Assembly: GCA_963783375.1 (NCBI GenBank)
Contig: CAWANH010000029.1
Coordinates: 1,376,001 to 1,440,000 of the forward strand
From: Candidatus Eiseniibacteriota bacterium
GTDB taxonomy: Bacteria; Eisenbacteria; RBG-16-71-46; JABDJR01
Direction of reading: 5' to 3'
Length of the DNA stretch: 64,000 nucleotides
Shown: positions 21,745 to 29,790 of the stretch, in pieces
Layout: each line of letters starts with the position of its first letter
Numbering within the stretch: the stretch's first letter is position 1
Made by a program: the position numbers and the translations under genes
Notes under the pieces: model-generated
Database searches by the model: none
What the model was told of the DNA's origin: nothing
Seen by the model: the letters and a program-made list of their open reading frames with translations, nothing else

Positions 21745-22638
21745 TCATCCCCCGGCCGTGCCGGCCGACCGCCCCACGGCGGCCTCTGCCGGCTCCTGCC
21801 GCTCCCCCCCTTCCCCGGCGTCCACGTTCTTCATGCGCACGGAGAGCGACACCACCGCCACGGTCACTCCGAACAGGCACACGATGGTGGCCCCCATCGG
21901 CCAGTCCCGGGTATAGGACAGCACCGAGCCGAGGATCGAGACCACGAAGGCGATTCCCCAGGCCCAGAAGAGCCGCGACCTGCCGTGCCGGCCCAGGAGC
22001 GTCGCGACCACCAGGGGAACGATCAGGTACGAGAACACGGCCAGGACTCCGGACACCTTCACCGCGCTGGTCACCGCCAGCCCGAAGGCGACGTAGAACA
22101 GGAAGTCCCACTTCTTGACCGACAACCCCCGGCGCCGTGCCTCCTTCGGATCCTCGGAACACAGGGCCAGCTTCCACCGGCTGAAGTACAGGAAGGCCCC
22201 GACGACGGCGTACAGGGCGGCCGTGATCACGATGTCTTTCCAGGCCACCCACCCCAGCGCCTCCCCGCTCAGCGATCCCTGCACGTGCTCCGCCCCGTGG
22301 GGGGCGTTGGAGAGCAGGATCAACGTGGCGGCGGTGGCCAGGGCGAATGAGATCCCGATGAACGCCTCCTGCAGCACGGAGTGGTTCCGGTCCCACAGGA
22401 AGCTGAACAGGGCCGCCCCCAGGATGGTGAACCCGAAGGACCAGAGGTACATGCTTGGGTCGTGCGGCTCCGCTCCGAGGAGAAACGCGACGCTCGCCCC
22501 CAGGGCCGCGATCTGGGCCAGGGCCAGGTCGACGAAGATGACCCCCCGGGCCAGCACGTGCCGGCCCAGGGTGGGAAGCATCAAGGCGAGAAGCAGGCAT
22601 GCCAGGAGCGGCATGGCCATCACGGCGATGAATTCCAT
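21745..22638 (-). CDS. Zn/Mn ABC transporter permease (ZnuB-like)
   Basis: HVLARGVIFVDLALAQIAALG and GVLAVFSYLIVP; multi-TM. Confidence 0.88.
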   Translation of the reverse strand: MEFIAVMAMPLLACLLLALMLPTLGRHVLARGVIFVDLALAQIAALGASVAFLLGAEPHDPSMYLWSFGFTILGAALFSFLWDRNHSVLQEAFIGISFALATAATLILLSNAPHGAEHVQGSLSGEALGWVAWKDIVITAALYAVVGAFLYFSRWKLALCSEDPKEARRRGLSVKKWDFLFYVAFGLAVTSAVKVSGVLAVFSYLIVPLVVATLLGRHGRSRLFWAWGIAFVVSILGSVLSYTRDWPMGATIVCLFGVTVAVVSLSVRMKNVDAGEGGERQEPAEAAVGRSAGTAGG

Positions 22639-22648
22639 GGGTCTTACC

Positions 22649-23566
22649 TCACTCGCCCGACAGGGCCTTGGCGATCGACGACACCAGGACGTCGAACTTG
22701 GAGAACACGTCGTCGGTTCCGGGCAGACCGCCGACCTCGGTGGCGATCTCCACCGCGACGCCGTCCGCCCGCTTGGCCAGCTCCTTGCTGACGTCGGCCT
22801 TGTAGTAGGACTGGTAGAGAACGAGCTTCACCCCGGCCTGCTCCATGGCGTCGGCCAGCTCGGCGATGTGGCGGGGGGAAGGGGGGATTCCCGGCTTCCC
22901 CTCCACGGTTCCGAAGAGCTTCAGCCCGAACCGGTCGGCGAAGTAGACGAAGTTCTTGTGGTAGGTCACGACGGATGTCCCCTTGTAGGGGGCGAGCTCC
23001 GCCTCCCACCGCACCAGGGACGAGTCGATCCGGGCGTCGAACGTCTTGGCGTTGGCGCTGTAGTCGGCCGCGTTGGCGGGATCGAGCTGGGAGAAGACCC
23101 GGGCCAGGTGGTCCGCCACCACCTTCAGGTTCTCCGGATCGCAGTAGTAATGCGGGTTTCCGAGGGGGTGGATGTCGCCCTCCGCCCGGCTCACCGTGCC
23201 CGTCGGCTTCTCCAGAACCTTGACGCCGTCGGAGGCGTCCACGAAACCGGGCTGGCCGGGCTGGATCTTCGGGTTCCGGCTTCCCGGCAGGACCAGGGGC
23301 AACCAGCCGTCGTCCAGCTCCAGGCCGACCGACACGAACACGTCGGCGTGCTGGATCGCCTTCATGAGGCTCGGCTTGGCGGGAACGTAGTGCGGGTCTT
23401 CATACCCCTTGCACAGGGACTTGGCGTCGACGTGGTTCCCGCCCACGAACCGGGCCACCGAGGCCAGGTCGCTGAGCGACGTGGCGACCTTGAGCTTGGC
23501 GAAGGCGGGGGTGGCCAGGGTCAGAGCCAGGGCCGTGAAGGCCAGGTACCGAAAAAGTGCTTTCAT
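22649..23566 (-). CDS. Zn/Mn ABC substrate-binding protein (ZnuA/TroA-like)
   Basis: Signal peptide; DPHY, DIHPLGNPHY, TYH and KPGIPPSPRH. Confidence 0.9.
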   Translation of the reverse strand: MKALFRYLAFTALALTLATPAFAKLKVATSLSDLASVARFVGGNHVDAKSLCKGYEDPHYVPAKPSLMKAIQHADVFVSVGLELDDGWLPLVLPGSRNPKIQPGQPGFVDASDGVKVLEKPTGTVSRAEGDIHPLGNPHYYCDPENLKVVADHLARVFSQLDPANAADYSANAKTFDARIDSSLVRWEAELAPYKGTSVVTYHKNFVYFADRFGLKLFGTVEGKPGIPPSPRHIAELADAMEQAGVKLVLYQSYYKADVSKELAKRADGVAVEIATEVGGLPGTDDVFSKFDVLVSSIAKALSGE

Positions 23567-23629
23567 GGAGTCCTCCTGAACTTGCGGGTCGAATCCGTGG
23601 TTGTCTCCCGTCCGTCGTTCATCCCCGCC

Positions 23630-24718
23630 TCAATACGCATGGGCGGGGTGGTAGCCGATGGTGTAGCTCATCTGCACCATCAACCGCTGGTCGTGGGGCT
23701 TGTACCCCCCGCCGTCGGCCTGGGCGTAGCTGTACTCGAGCCGAACGTAGGAGAACTCCGAAGGCGTCCAGGCCACGTTGGCCGACGCCCGGCTGATCTT
23801 GCCGGCGACCGGGTCCCCGGCGTCGTCCACCAGCACGTCGAAGAAGCTGTCCTTCGCCTGCTCGACCCGGATCCCGGTCCACCAGACCTGGGCCCACCGG
23901 TACTGGAAGGACGCATAGCCGCCGTGCTGTTCCCGGTGGTACTTGCCCGCGACGTAGGTCCCTTTCTCGAGGTACTCGGCCTGGGCGATCCAGCCCCTCC
24001 GGTTGGAGTTCCGAAGCGGAACGTTGCGGAAGGTGAGATCCGCCCCGTAGGCGGCGTGAGGATGACCGTCCTCGCCCTGCCCCCTCAGGAGCGAGGCCCC
24101 CACTTCCATCGTGGTCTCGTCGCTGACGTCGAACACGTTCTTAAGACGGCCCAGGTACGGAACGTTCCCGTGGGCGCTGGATCCGAGGTCGAGAGGGTTC
24201 TCGTCGTCAAGGGGCCCGGCCTGGAAGGCGCCGGCGATCACCTCCGAGTACCACGGGAGCGGGGTGAGCCAGGACGCTTCCACCCCGGCGTCCTTGAAGC
24301 CCTCCTCCCCGATGGTGTTGGCCATGATGACCGGGGCCTGGACGAAGGGAAACGCGTGGGTATGGAGCTGGCCGTGCTTCCCGAACGCGGCGCGGATCTT
24401 CCCCAGCTTGAGCTGGATGCCGGGGATGCTGGAGGTCCGGGCCCAGACCTCCTCCGGGGTCACCTCGTCGGGCCCGAACACCAGGTTGGCCTCGAGCAGC
24501 CAATAGGGGTCCACCACCGAGATGACGGACATCTCGGACTCCTGAAACCGGGGCCCGTAGGGCTCGTCGATGTTGGGGGCGAACTGGTCGAGAAACAGCG
24601 CATTGAACCCGATCGACGGGTTGGCGAGATTGGAATAGATCGAACGCGTCTGGGCGTGACCCGACGATGGAACGCCGGCCAGGGCCAGACAAAGACAGAG
24701 AAGCACGCATCGTCTCAT
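23630..24718 (-). CDS. Putative outer-membrane beta-barrel for metal uptake
   Basis: Signal peptide; FGKHGQLHTHAFPF; alternating beta-strands; C-terminal IGYHPAHAY; first gene of the metal ABC operon. Confidence 0.7.
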   Translation of the reverse strand: MRRCVLLCLCLALAGVPSSGHAQTRSIYSNLANPSIGFNALFLDQFAPNIDEPYGPRFQESEMSVISVVDPYWLLEANLVFGPDEVTPEEVWARTSSIPGIQLKLGKIRAAFGKHGQLHTHAFPFVQAPVIMANTIGEEGFKDAGVEASWLTPLPWYSEVIAGAFQAGPLDDENPLDLGSSAHGNVPYLGRLKNVFDVSDETTMEVGASLLRGQGEDGHPHAAYGADLTFRNVPLRNSNRRGWIAQAEYLEKGTYVAGKYHREQHGGYASFQYRWAQVWWTGIRVEQAKDSFFDVLVDDAGDPVAGKISRASANVAWTPSEFSYVRLEYSYAQADGGGYKPHDQRLMVQMSYTIGYHPAHAY

Positions 24719-24884
24719 GCGGACTTGACCTCCTGATTCGGATCGAATGATGGACGGAGAAAGACCGCCCGGGCGACGAAGTCCGGGTGCTTTCCCTACA
24801 CGGGTCCCACGCCGGTGGAGAACGGCCGCAGCACAGGTATCCCCATGGCGGGGCGGCCGGAGCGAGCGTGGGAGCGGTTCGGGA

Positions 24885-25217
24885 TCAGGCGGTGGGAGGA
24901 GCGCGGAGACGGATGTTGACGAGATGGGGGGCGGGAGCCAAGGGCTCGTCGACCCGGGGGAGTTCGCCGGGAGCCTCGGGAAGGCCCTGGACGACGGGGG
25001 CCGCGGTCTGGGGAACCGAATCCGTCCGGCCCGCCACCACCCGGCAGATCGCGCAGTTGGGATGCGATCCCGCCGTTTCGTGGTGATGGATACCGGTGGC
25101 CTCGACCCCCGAGGCGAAGACCATGGCGAAGAGGAAGGCCAGGGTGACGCCGAAACGCGCCACCCCCGCTCCGCGCCGCGCCGGACGCGCGTCTTCTGAG
25201 GGCCTGCCGAAGAACAT
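24885..25217 (-). CDS. DUF2946/CutF-like leader protein (signal peptide, His cluster, CxxC, C-terminal RAPP)
   Basis: 110 aa from ATG 25217: hydrophobic signal, HHHETAGSHPNCAIC, Pro-rich linker, LRAPPTA*; directly upstream of the barrel gene. Confidence 0.7.
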   Translation of the reverse strand: MFFGRPSEDARPARRGAGVARFGVTLAFLFAMVFASGVEATGIHHHETAGSHPNCAICRVVAGRTDSVPQTAAPVVQGLPEAPGELPRVDEPLAPAPHLVNIRLRAPPTA

Positions 25218-25353
25218 GGCGTTCAGCTTAGACCGTTGACCGAAGACGACCAAGGGGAAAATCGCCCCCCGGAACCCGGCTTGCCGCGGACCCCGCCACC
25301 AGCTACGCTCTCGAATACCCCCGTGTTCGCCCCGCCGGGCGAGGGAGGCTCTC

Positions 25354-25812
25354 ATGGACGTTGAATTCAAGACCATCGTCGCCCCAACCGACTTCTCCCC
25401 CTTCTCCGAGGAAGCGCTCCAGTATGCGCGTTCCCTGGCCGGGAAGTTCAACGCGGTGATCCACCTGGTTCACGCCCTGGAGCGCCCCCAGGACGTTCCC
25501 TGGTGGGTGGCCGAGCGGGAGTACTCCGTCAGCCAGGCCAACGTCGCCGAGCGGGCCAAGGAGCGCCTGACCGAGATCATGGGCCGGCTTCTCCCCGGCG
25601 TCACCGTGGAGCCCCACGTCCGGGTGGGCTCCCCCTCCGAGGAGATCGTGAAGACGGCCCACGACAGCCATGCCGACCTCATCGTGATCGCCACCCACGG
25701 CCGGGGCGGGCTCTCCCGGGTTCTCTTCGGAAGCGTGACCGAGCGGGTGGTTCGTCACGCTCCGTGCCCCGTGCTCACCGTCCGGCCGGAGAAATCCAAA
25801 GTGCAGCAATGA
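25354..25812 (+). CDS. Universal stress protein (UspA family)
   Basis: IVAPTDFS and DLIVIATHGRGG...GSVTERVVRHAPCPVLTV. Confidence 0.93.
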   Translation: MDVEFKTIVAPTDFSPFSEEALQYARSLAGKFNAVIHLVHALERPQDVPWWVAEREYSVSQANVAERAKERLTEIMGRLLPGVTVEPHVRVGSPSEEIVKTAHDSHADLIVIATHGRGGLSRVLFGSVTERVVRHAPCPVLTVRPEKSKVQQ

Positions 25813-25840
25813 CCTCCGCCCAGCTGGAAAGGAACCGCAC

Positions 25841-26647
25841 ATGCATCCCGTGAAATCCGCCGGACTCGCCCTCCTCGGGGCGGCGCTCCTCCTCGCCCCG
25901 TCCCCGGCCCGGGCCGGAAAGGACCCCAAGGCGGTGGAGCTGGCCGAGGCGAGCATGAAGGCCATGGGCGGCCGGGAGAACTTCGACGCCGCCCGGATGC
26001 TCACCTTCCGCTTCACCGTGGTCCGCGAGGGGAAGACCCTGGTGGACCGCCTGCACCGTTGGGATCGCTGGACCGGCCGCTATCGCCTCGACACCGTGAC
26101 CAGGGAGGGCGATCCCCTCCAGGTGCTCATGAACGTCAACGACAAGAAGGGCCGGGTGTGGATCGCGGGGAACGAGGTCGCCGGCGACGAGGCCGCGTCC
26201 TACGTCGATCACGCCTACGCCCAGTACATCAACGACATGTACTGGCTGCTCATGCCCTGGAAATGGCTGGACGACGGGGTGAACCTCTCCTACGACGGCG
26301 CCGCGGTCCGCGACAGCACGACCTACGACGTGGTGGGCCTCACCTTCGGAAGCGGGGTGGGACTCACCTCCAACGATCACTACTGGGCGTTCGTCAATCC
26401 CCGGACCCATCTCATGGAACGCTGGGAGTTCATCCTCCAGAAGGAGGACGGGAGCCCCGGGGACGGCCCGCCGTCGGTCTTCGCCTGGAGGGACTGGAAG
26501 AACGTGGGCGCGGGCATCACCCTGGCCACCCGGAAAGTCCAGCTCGAGACCGGCGACAAGCCGGCGACCTCGATCGTCTTCCCCCAGGTCGCCTTCTCCC
26601 GCACGGTGGACGAGGCGGCGTTCGAGGCACCCCCCGTGGCTCGCTGA
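25841..26647 (+). CDS. Exported hypothetical protein (LolA-like fold possible)
   Basis: Signal peptide; KAMGG and YINDMYWLLMPWKWLDDGV. Confidence 0.65.
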   Translation: MHPVKSAGLALLGAALLLAPSPARAGKDPKAVELAEASMKAMGGRENFDAARMLTFRFTVVREGKTLVDRLHRWDRWTGRYRLDTVTREGDPLQVLMNVNDKKGRVWIAGNEVAGDEAASYVDHAYAQYINDMYWLLMPWKWLDDGVNLSYDGAAVRDSTTYDVVGLTFGSGVGLTSNDHYWAFVNPRTHLMERWEFILQKEDGSPGDGPPSVFAWRDWKNVGAGITLATRKVQLETGDKPATSIVFPQVAFSRTVDEAAFEAPPVAR

Positions 26648-26731
26648 GAGAGGCCCCGGAAAAGGCGATGCGGAAGCCCGCAATTCCCGGCGCGCCGGTT
26701 CGCGACCGCCGGAGCCGGACCCCCGTTTGCG

Positions 26732-26760
26732 TTGACCCCCGAAATGAATTGAATTAGATT
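26732..26760 (+). promoter_or_regulatory. Sigma-70-type promoter of the HlyD/M50 operon
   Basis: TTGACC-N17-TAGATT in an AT-rich island about 80 nt before ATG 26839. Confidence 0.6.
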
Positions 26761-26838
26761 CTACCCTTGCTCGCAGGCGGGAAACCTCCTCCCGCCCGGC
26801 CGTCGGCCCCTGGGAACCGCACCGCGGAGGCACCGCTC

Positions 26839-27687
26839 ATGACGCGACCCCGGCCCCGAGACCTCCTCGATCGGATCTCCCGCCTCCTCACGATCGTCGG
26901 GGCGGCGCTCCCGGGCGGAGTCCTGCTGATCGGCCTCTTCCCCACCGCCACCATCGCCCAGGGTCCGGAACCCCCTCCCGAGCACCACGCGCTCCTGGAT
27001 ACGGGCCACGTTCCGGAGACCTACGCGGGGATCCTTCTTCCCGGGCGGACCGCGCTCATGAAATCCAAGCACAGCGACCAGGTGATCGAGGTCACCGCCC
27101 GGGTGGGAGCCGCGGTGAAGAAGGACCAGCTTCTTCTTCGCCTCACCGACCGGGAGGAGTCGGTGGCCAGGGACCGGGCCGAGGCGCTTCTCACCAAGGC
27201 CAAGGCGGACTACGGACGGGTGAAGAAGCTCCACCAAGAGGGCGGAACCAGCGACGACGGCCTGGAAACCGCCGAGACCAACCTCCGGCTCGCCCAGGCG
27301 GATTTCGATCTGGCGGCGATCCGCCTCGCCGACCGGTCGATCCGCTCCCCGTTCGACGGCATCCTGGCCGAGCGCTACGTCGATCCCGGGACCTCGGTGG
27401 AGGAAGGGGATCCGCTCCTTCGCGTGTCCTCGGTGAGCCCGCTCCGGATGGAGGCGATCCTTCCCGAGTCGGCGCTCCCCGGCCTCTCCGGTCCCACCGA
27501 GGTGGAGATCACCCCGAGCTACCCGGACACCGTGATCCGGGTCTCGGTGACGCTCGGCTCCATCGTGGTGGACCCGGCCAGCGGGACCTTCCCCCTCCAG
27601 GTCGAGGTGGACAACGCCCGCCGGCTCCTGGTACCGGGGGTGAGCTGCAAGGTCGTGATCCCCGCCCGCTCCGGCGCCTCCCCGTGA
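26839..27687 (+). CDS. HlyD/RND-type periplasmic adaptor (membrane fusion protein)
   Basis: N-terminal TM; VGAAVKKDQLLLRL; coiled coil; IRSPFDG...GTSVEEGDPL; VDPASGTF; SD GGAGG. Confidence 0.85.
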   Translation: MTRPRPRDLLDRISRLLTIVGAALPGGVLLIGLFPTATIAQGPEPPPEHHALLDTGHVPETYAGILLPGRTALMKSKHSDQVIEVTARVGAAVKKDQLLLRLTDREESVARDRAEALLTKAKADYGRVKKLHQEGGTSDDGLETAETNLRLAQADFDLAAIRLADRSIRSPFDGILAERYVDPGTSVEEGDPLLRVSSVSPLRMEAILPESALPGLSGPTEVEITPSYPDTVIRVSVTLGSIVVDPASGTFPLQVEVDNARRLLVPGVSCKVVIPARSGASP

Positions 27688-29744
27688 ACCCCGGCCGCAC
27701 GTACAAGCTCCGCGACGATCTGGTCATCCGCCGGCGGGTCTTCTCCGGCGACGTGAAGTACGTGGTCAAGGACCCCCTCCGCCTCGACTACTACACCGTG
27801 GACGAGCTGAGCTACACCCTCCTCTCCCTCTGCGACGGGAAGCGGGGTCTGGCCGAGCTCAGCGCGGCGGCGGACCGGTTCTTTCCGGGGATGGGGCTGA
27901 ACGCCCTGACCCTGCTCAACTTCTACGAGACCTACCGGTCCTTCCACTTCTTCGAGGACGCCTGGGAGCGGAACGTGCTCCTGATCGAACGCCGCCGGAC
28001 CAACCGGGCCAAGACCCTGAAGCGCGCCTTCGCCAACCCCCTGGAGATCCACCTCCCGGCCTGGAACCCCGACCGGTTCTTCGGAAGGATCGTGAAGCCC
28101 CTCCGAGCGCTCTTCACCGTGAGGGCCCTCCTGGTCTACGCGGCGGTGTTCCTGGGGGCGCTCTGGATCATGCTCACCAACGCCGACCGCTTCGCCCTGG
28201 GCTTCGGGGAGCTCTGGGTCATCCAGGGAAAGGCGTTTCTGGGCATCGTCACTCTGTGGTGCATCCTCCTCTTCACCGTGGTGCTCCACGAGATGGGCCA
28301 CGGCCTGACCTGCAAGCACTTCGGGGGCGGCGTGTTCAAGATCGGGTTCCTGTTCCTCTACTTCAACCCCTGCATGTATTGCGACGTGACCGAAAGCTAT
28401 TTCTTCGAGAACAGGAACCACAAGCACGCGGTGACCCTGGCCGGCGGGATCGTGGATCTCATGACCGCCTCCATCGCCACCTTCATCTGGTACCTCACCC
28501 CCTCCGACCTCTTCGTGAACCAGGTGGCGCACCGGGTGGCGCTGTTCAACGGGGTTACCGGGATCCTGGTCAACTACAACCCGCTCATGAAATACGACGG
28601 GTACTTCCTGGTGGCCGACCAGCTCGGGATCCCCAACCTCCGCGGCGAGTCCTTCCGGTTCCTGGGGATACGCATGCGTCGTCTCTTCGGCCTCCCCCAC
28701 GAGGACGAGCTGGTGACCCCGCGGGAGCGGCGCATCTTCTGGATCTTCGGGATCGCCGCCGTGCTCTACAGCGCCTTCGTGCTCTGGTTCGTGGTGCACA
28801 TGGTGGGGGGGTTCCTGATCGCGCACCTCCGGGCCGCGGGCTACCTCATCACCGCGGCCCTGGTGCTCCTCATGACCCAGCGATACATCCGGGGACTGGG
28901 AGGCTTCATGCGCTTCTTCGCCGCCGACAAGGCCGGACACTTCCGCCGCTGGCGACTGCCCTACGGAGCGGGGGCGGCGGTGCTCCTGGCGTTCCTCTTC
29001 CTGGTCCCCCTCCCCCGTCACGTGCGGGGCGGGTTCACCTTCCGCCCCGGAACCGAGATGGTGCTCCGGGCCCGGGAAGCGGGGGTGGTGGCGCGGGTCG
29101 ACGCCGGCGAGGGGGAGACGGTGGCCGCGGGGGCGGCGCCGGTGATCGTCCGCTCCGAGGCGGTCACGCTCCGGGCCGGGCGCGCCCGCGCCGCCCTGGC
29201 CGAGGCCTCGGTGGGACGCACCGCGGCCCAGGCCGCCCACGATCCCGCCGAAGCGGCCATCCGCGAAGCGGACGCGGCGTCCGGACGCTTCCTCGCCGAC
29301 CAGATGGCCCGCCGGGAGGACCGGCTGAGCCCCACCGCTCCCTTCGCGGGGATGGTCCTCACCCCACGCCTCGACGAGAGGGTCGGTTTGGCGGTGGCGC
29401 CGGGCGACACCCTGTGCGTGCTCGGGAACCTGGGTACCCTTCGGGCCGCGGTCCTGGTGGACGAGCAGGACCTGGGGATCCTCGATGCCGGCGCCCCGGT
29501 GGAGCTTCGCGCCGAAGCCGATCCCGGCCGTCTCCTTCGGGGACGGGTGGAGGGGATCGCTCCCGAACCCTCGGGAGGCGCGGTGCGGCGGCTCTACAAG
29601 GTCACGGTGGAGGTCGAGAACCCGGACGGCCGCCTCCGCCCCGGCATGACCGGGACCGCGCGGTTCGGCGCGGGGAAGGCCACCCCCTTCCGCCACCTCA
29701 CCGGGGAGATGACCCGGCTCATCCGCATCCAGTTCTGGATCTGA
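27684..29744 (+). CDS. PqqD/RRE-like domain plus M50 site-2 zinc metalloprotease plus HlyD adaptor fusion (YydH-like)
   Basis: N-terminal YVVKDP..YY....LLSLCDGKR..EL; HEMGH (about 28287) and NYNPLMKYDGY; C-terminal APFAG and LRPGMTG. GTG start overlaps the upstream stop. Confidence 0.85.
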   Translation: MNPGRTYKLRDDLVIRRRVFSGDVKYVVKDPLRLDYYTVDELSYTLLSLCDGKRGLAELSAAADRFFPGMGLNALTLLNFYETYRSFHFFEDAWERNVLLIERRRTNRAKTLKRAFANPLEIHLPAWNPDRFFGRIVKPLRALFTVRALLVYAAVFLGALWIMLTNADRFALGFGELWVIQGKAFLGIVTLWCILLFTVVLHEMGHGLTCKHFGGGVFKIGFLFLYFNPCMYCDVTESYFFENRNHKHAVTLAGGIVDLMTASIATFIWYLTPSDLFVNQVAHRVALFNGVTGILVNYNPLMKYDGYFLVADQLGIPNLRGESFRFLGIRMRRLFGLPHEDELVTPRERRIFWIFGIAAVLYSAFVLWFVVHMVGGFLIAHLRAAGYLITAALVLLMTQRYIRGLGGFMRFFAADKAGHFRRWRLPYGAGAAVLLAFLFLVPLPRHVRGGFTFRPGTEMVLRAREAGVVARVDAGEGETVAAGAAPVIVRSEAVTLRAGRARAALAEASVGRTAAQAAHDPAEAAIREADAASGRFLADQMARREDRLSPTAPFAGMVLTPRLDERVGLAVAPGDTLCVLGNLGTLRAAVLVDEQDLGILDAGAPVELRAEADPGRLLRGRVEGIAPEPSGGAVRRLYKVTVEVENPDGRLRPGMTGTARFGAGKATPFRHLTGEMTRLIRIQFWI

Positions 29745-29790
29745 GTCCCCGGCCGCGGGGCCGGGTGGAGTGGACGATCGAGGGGAAACC

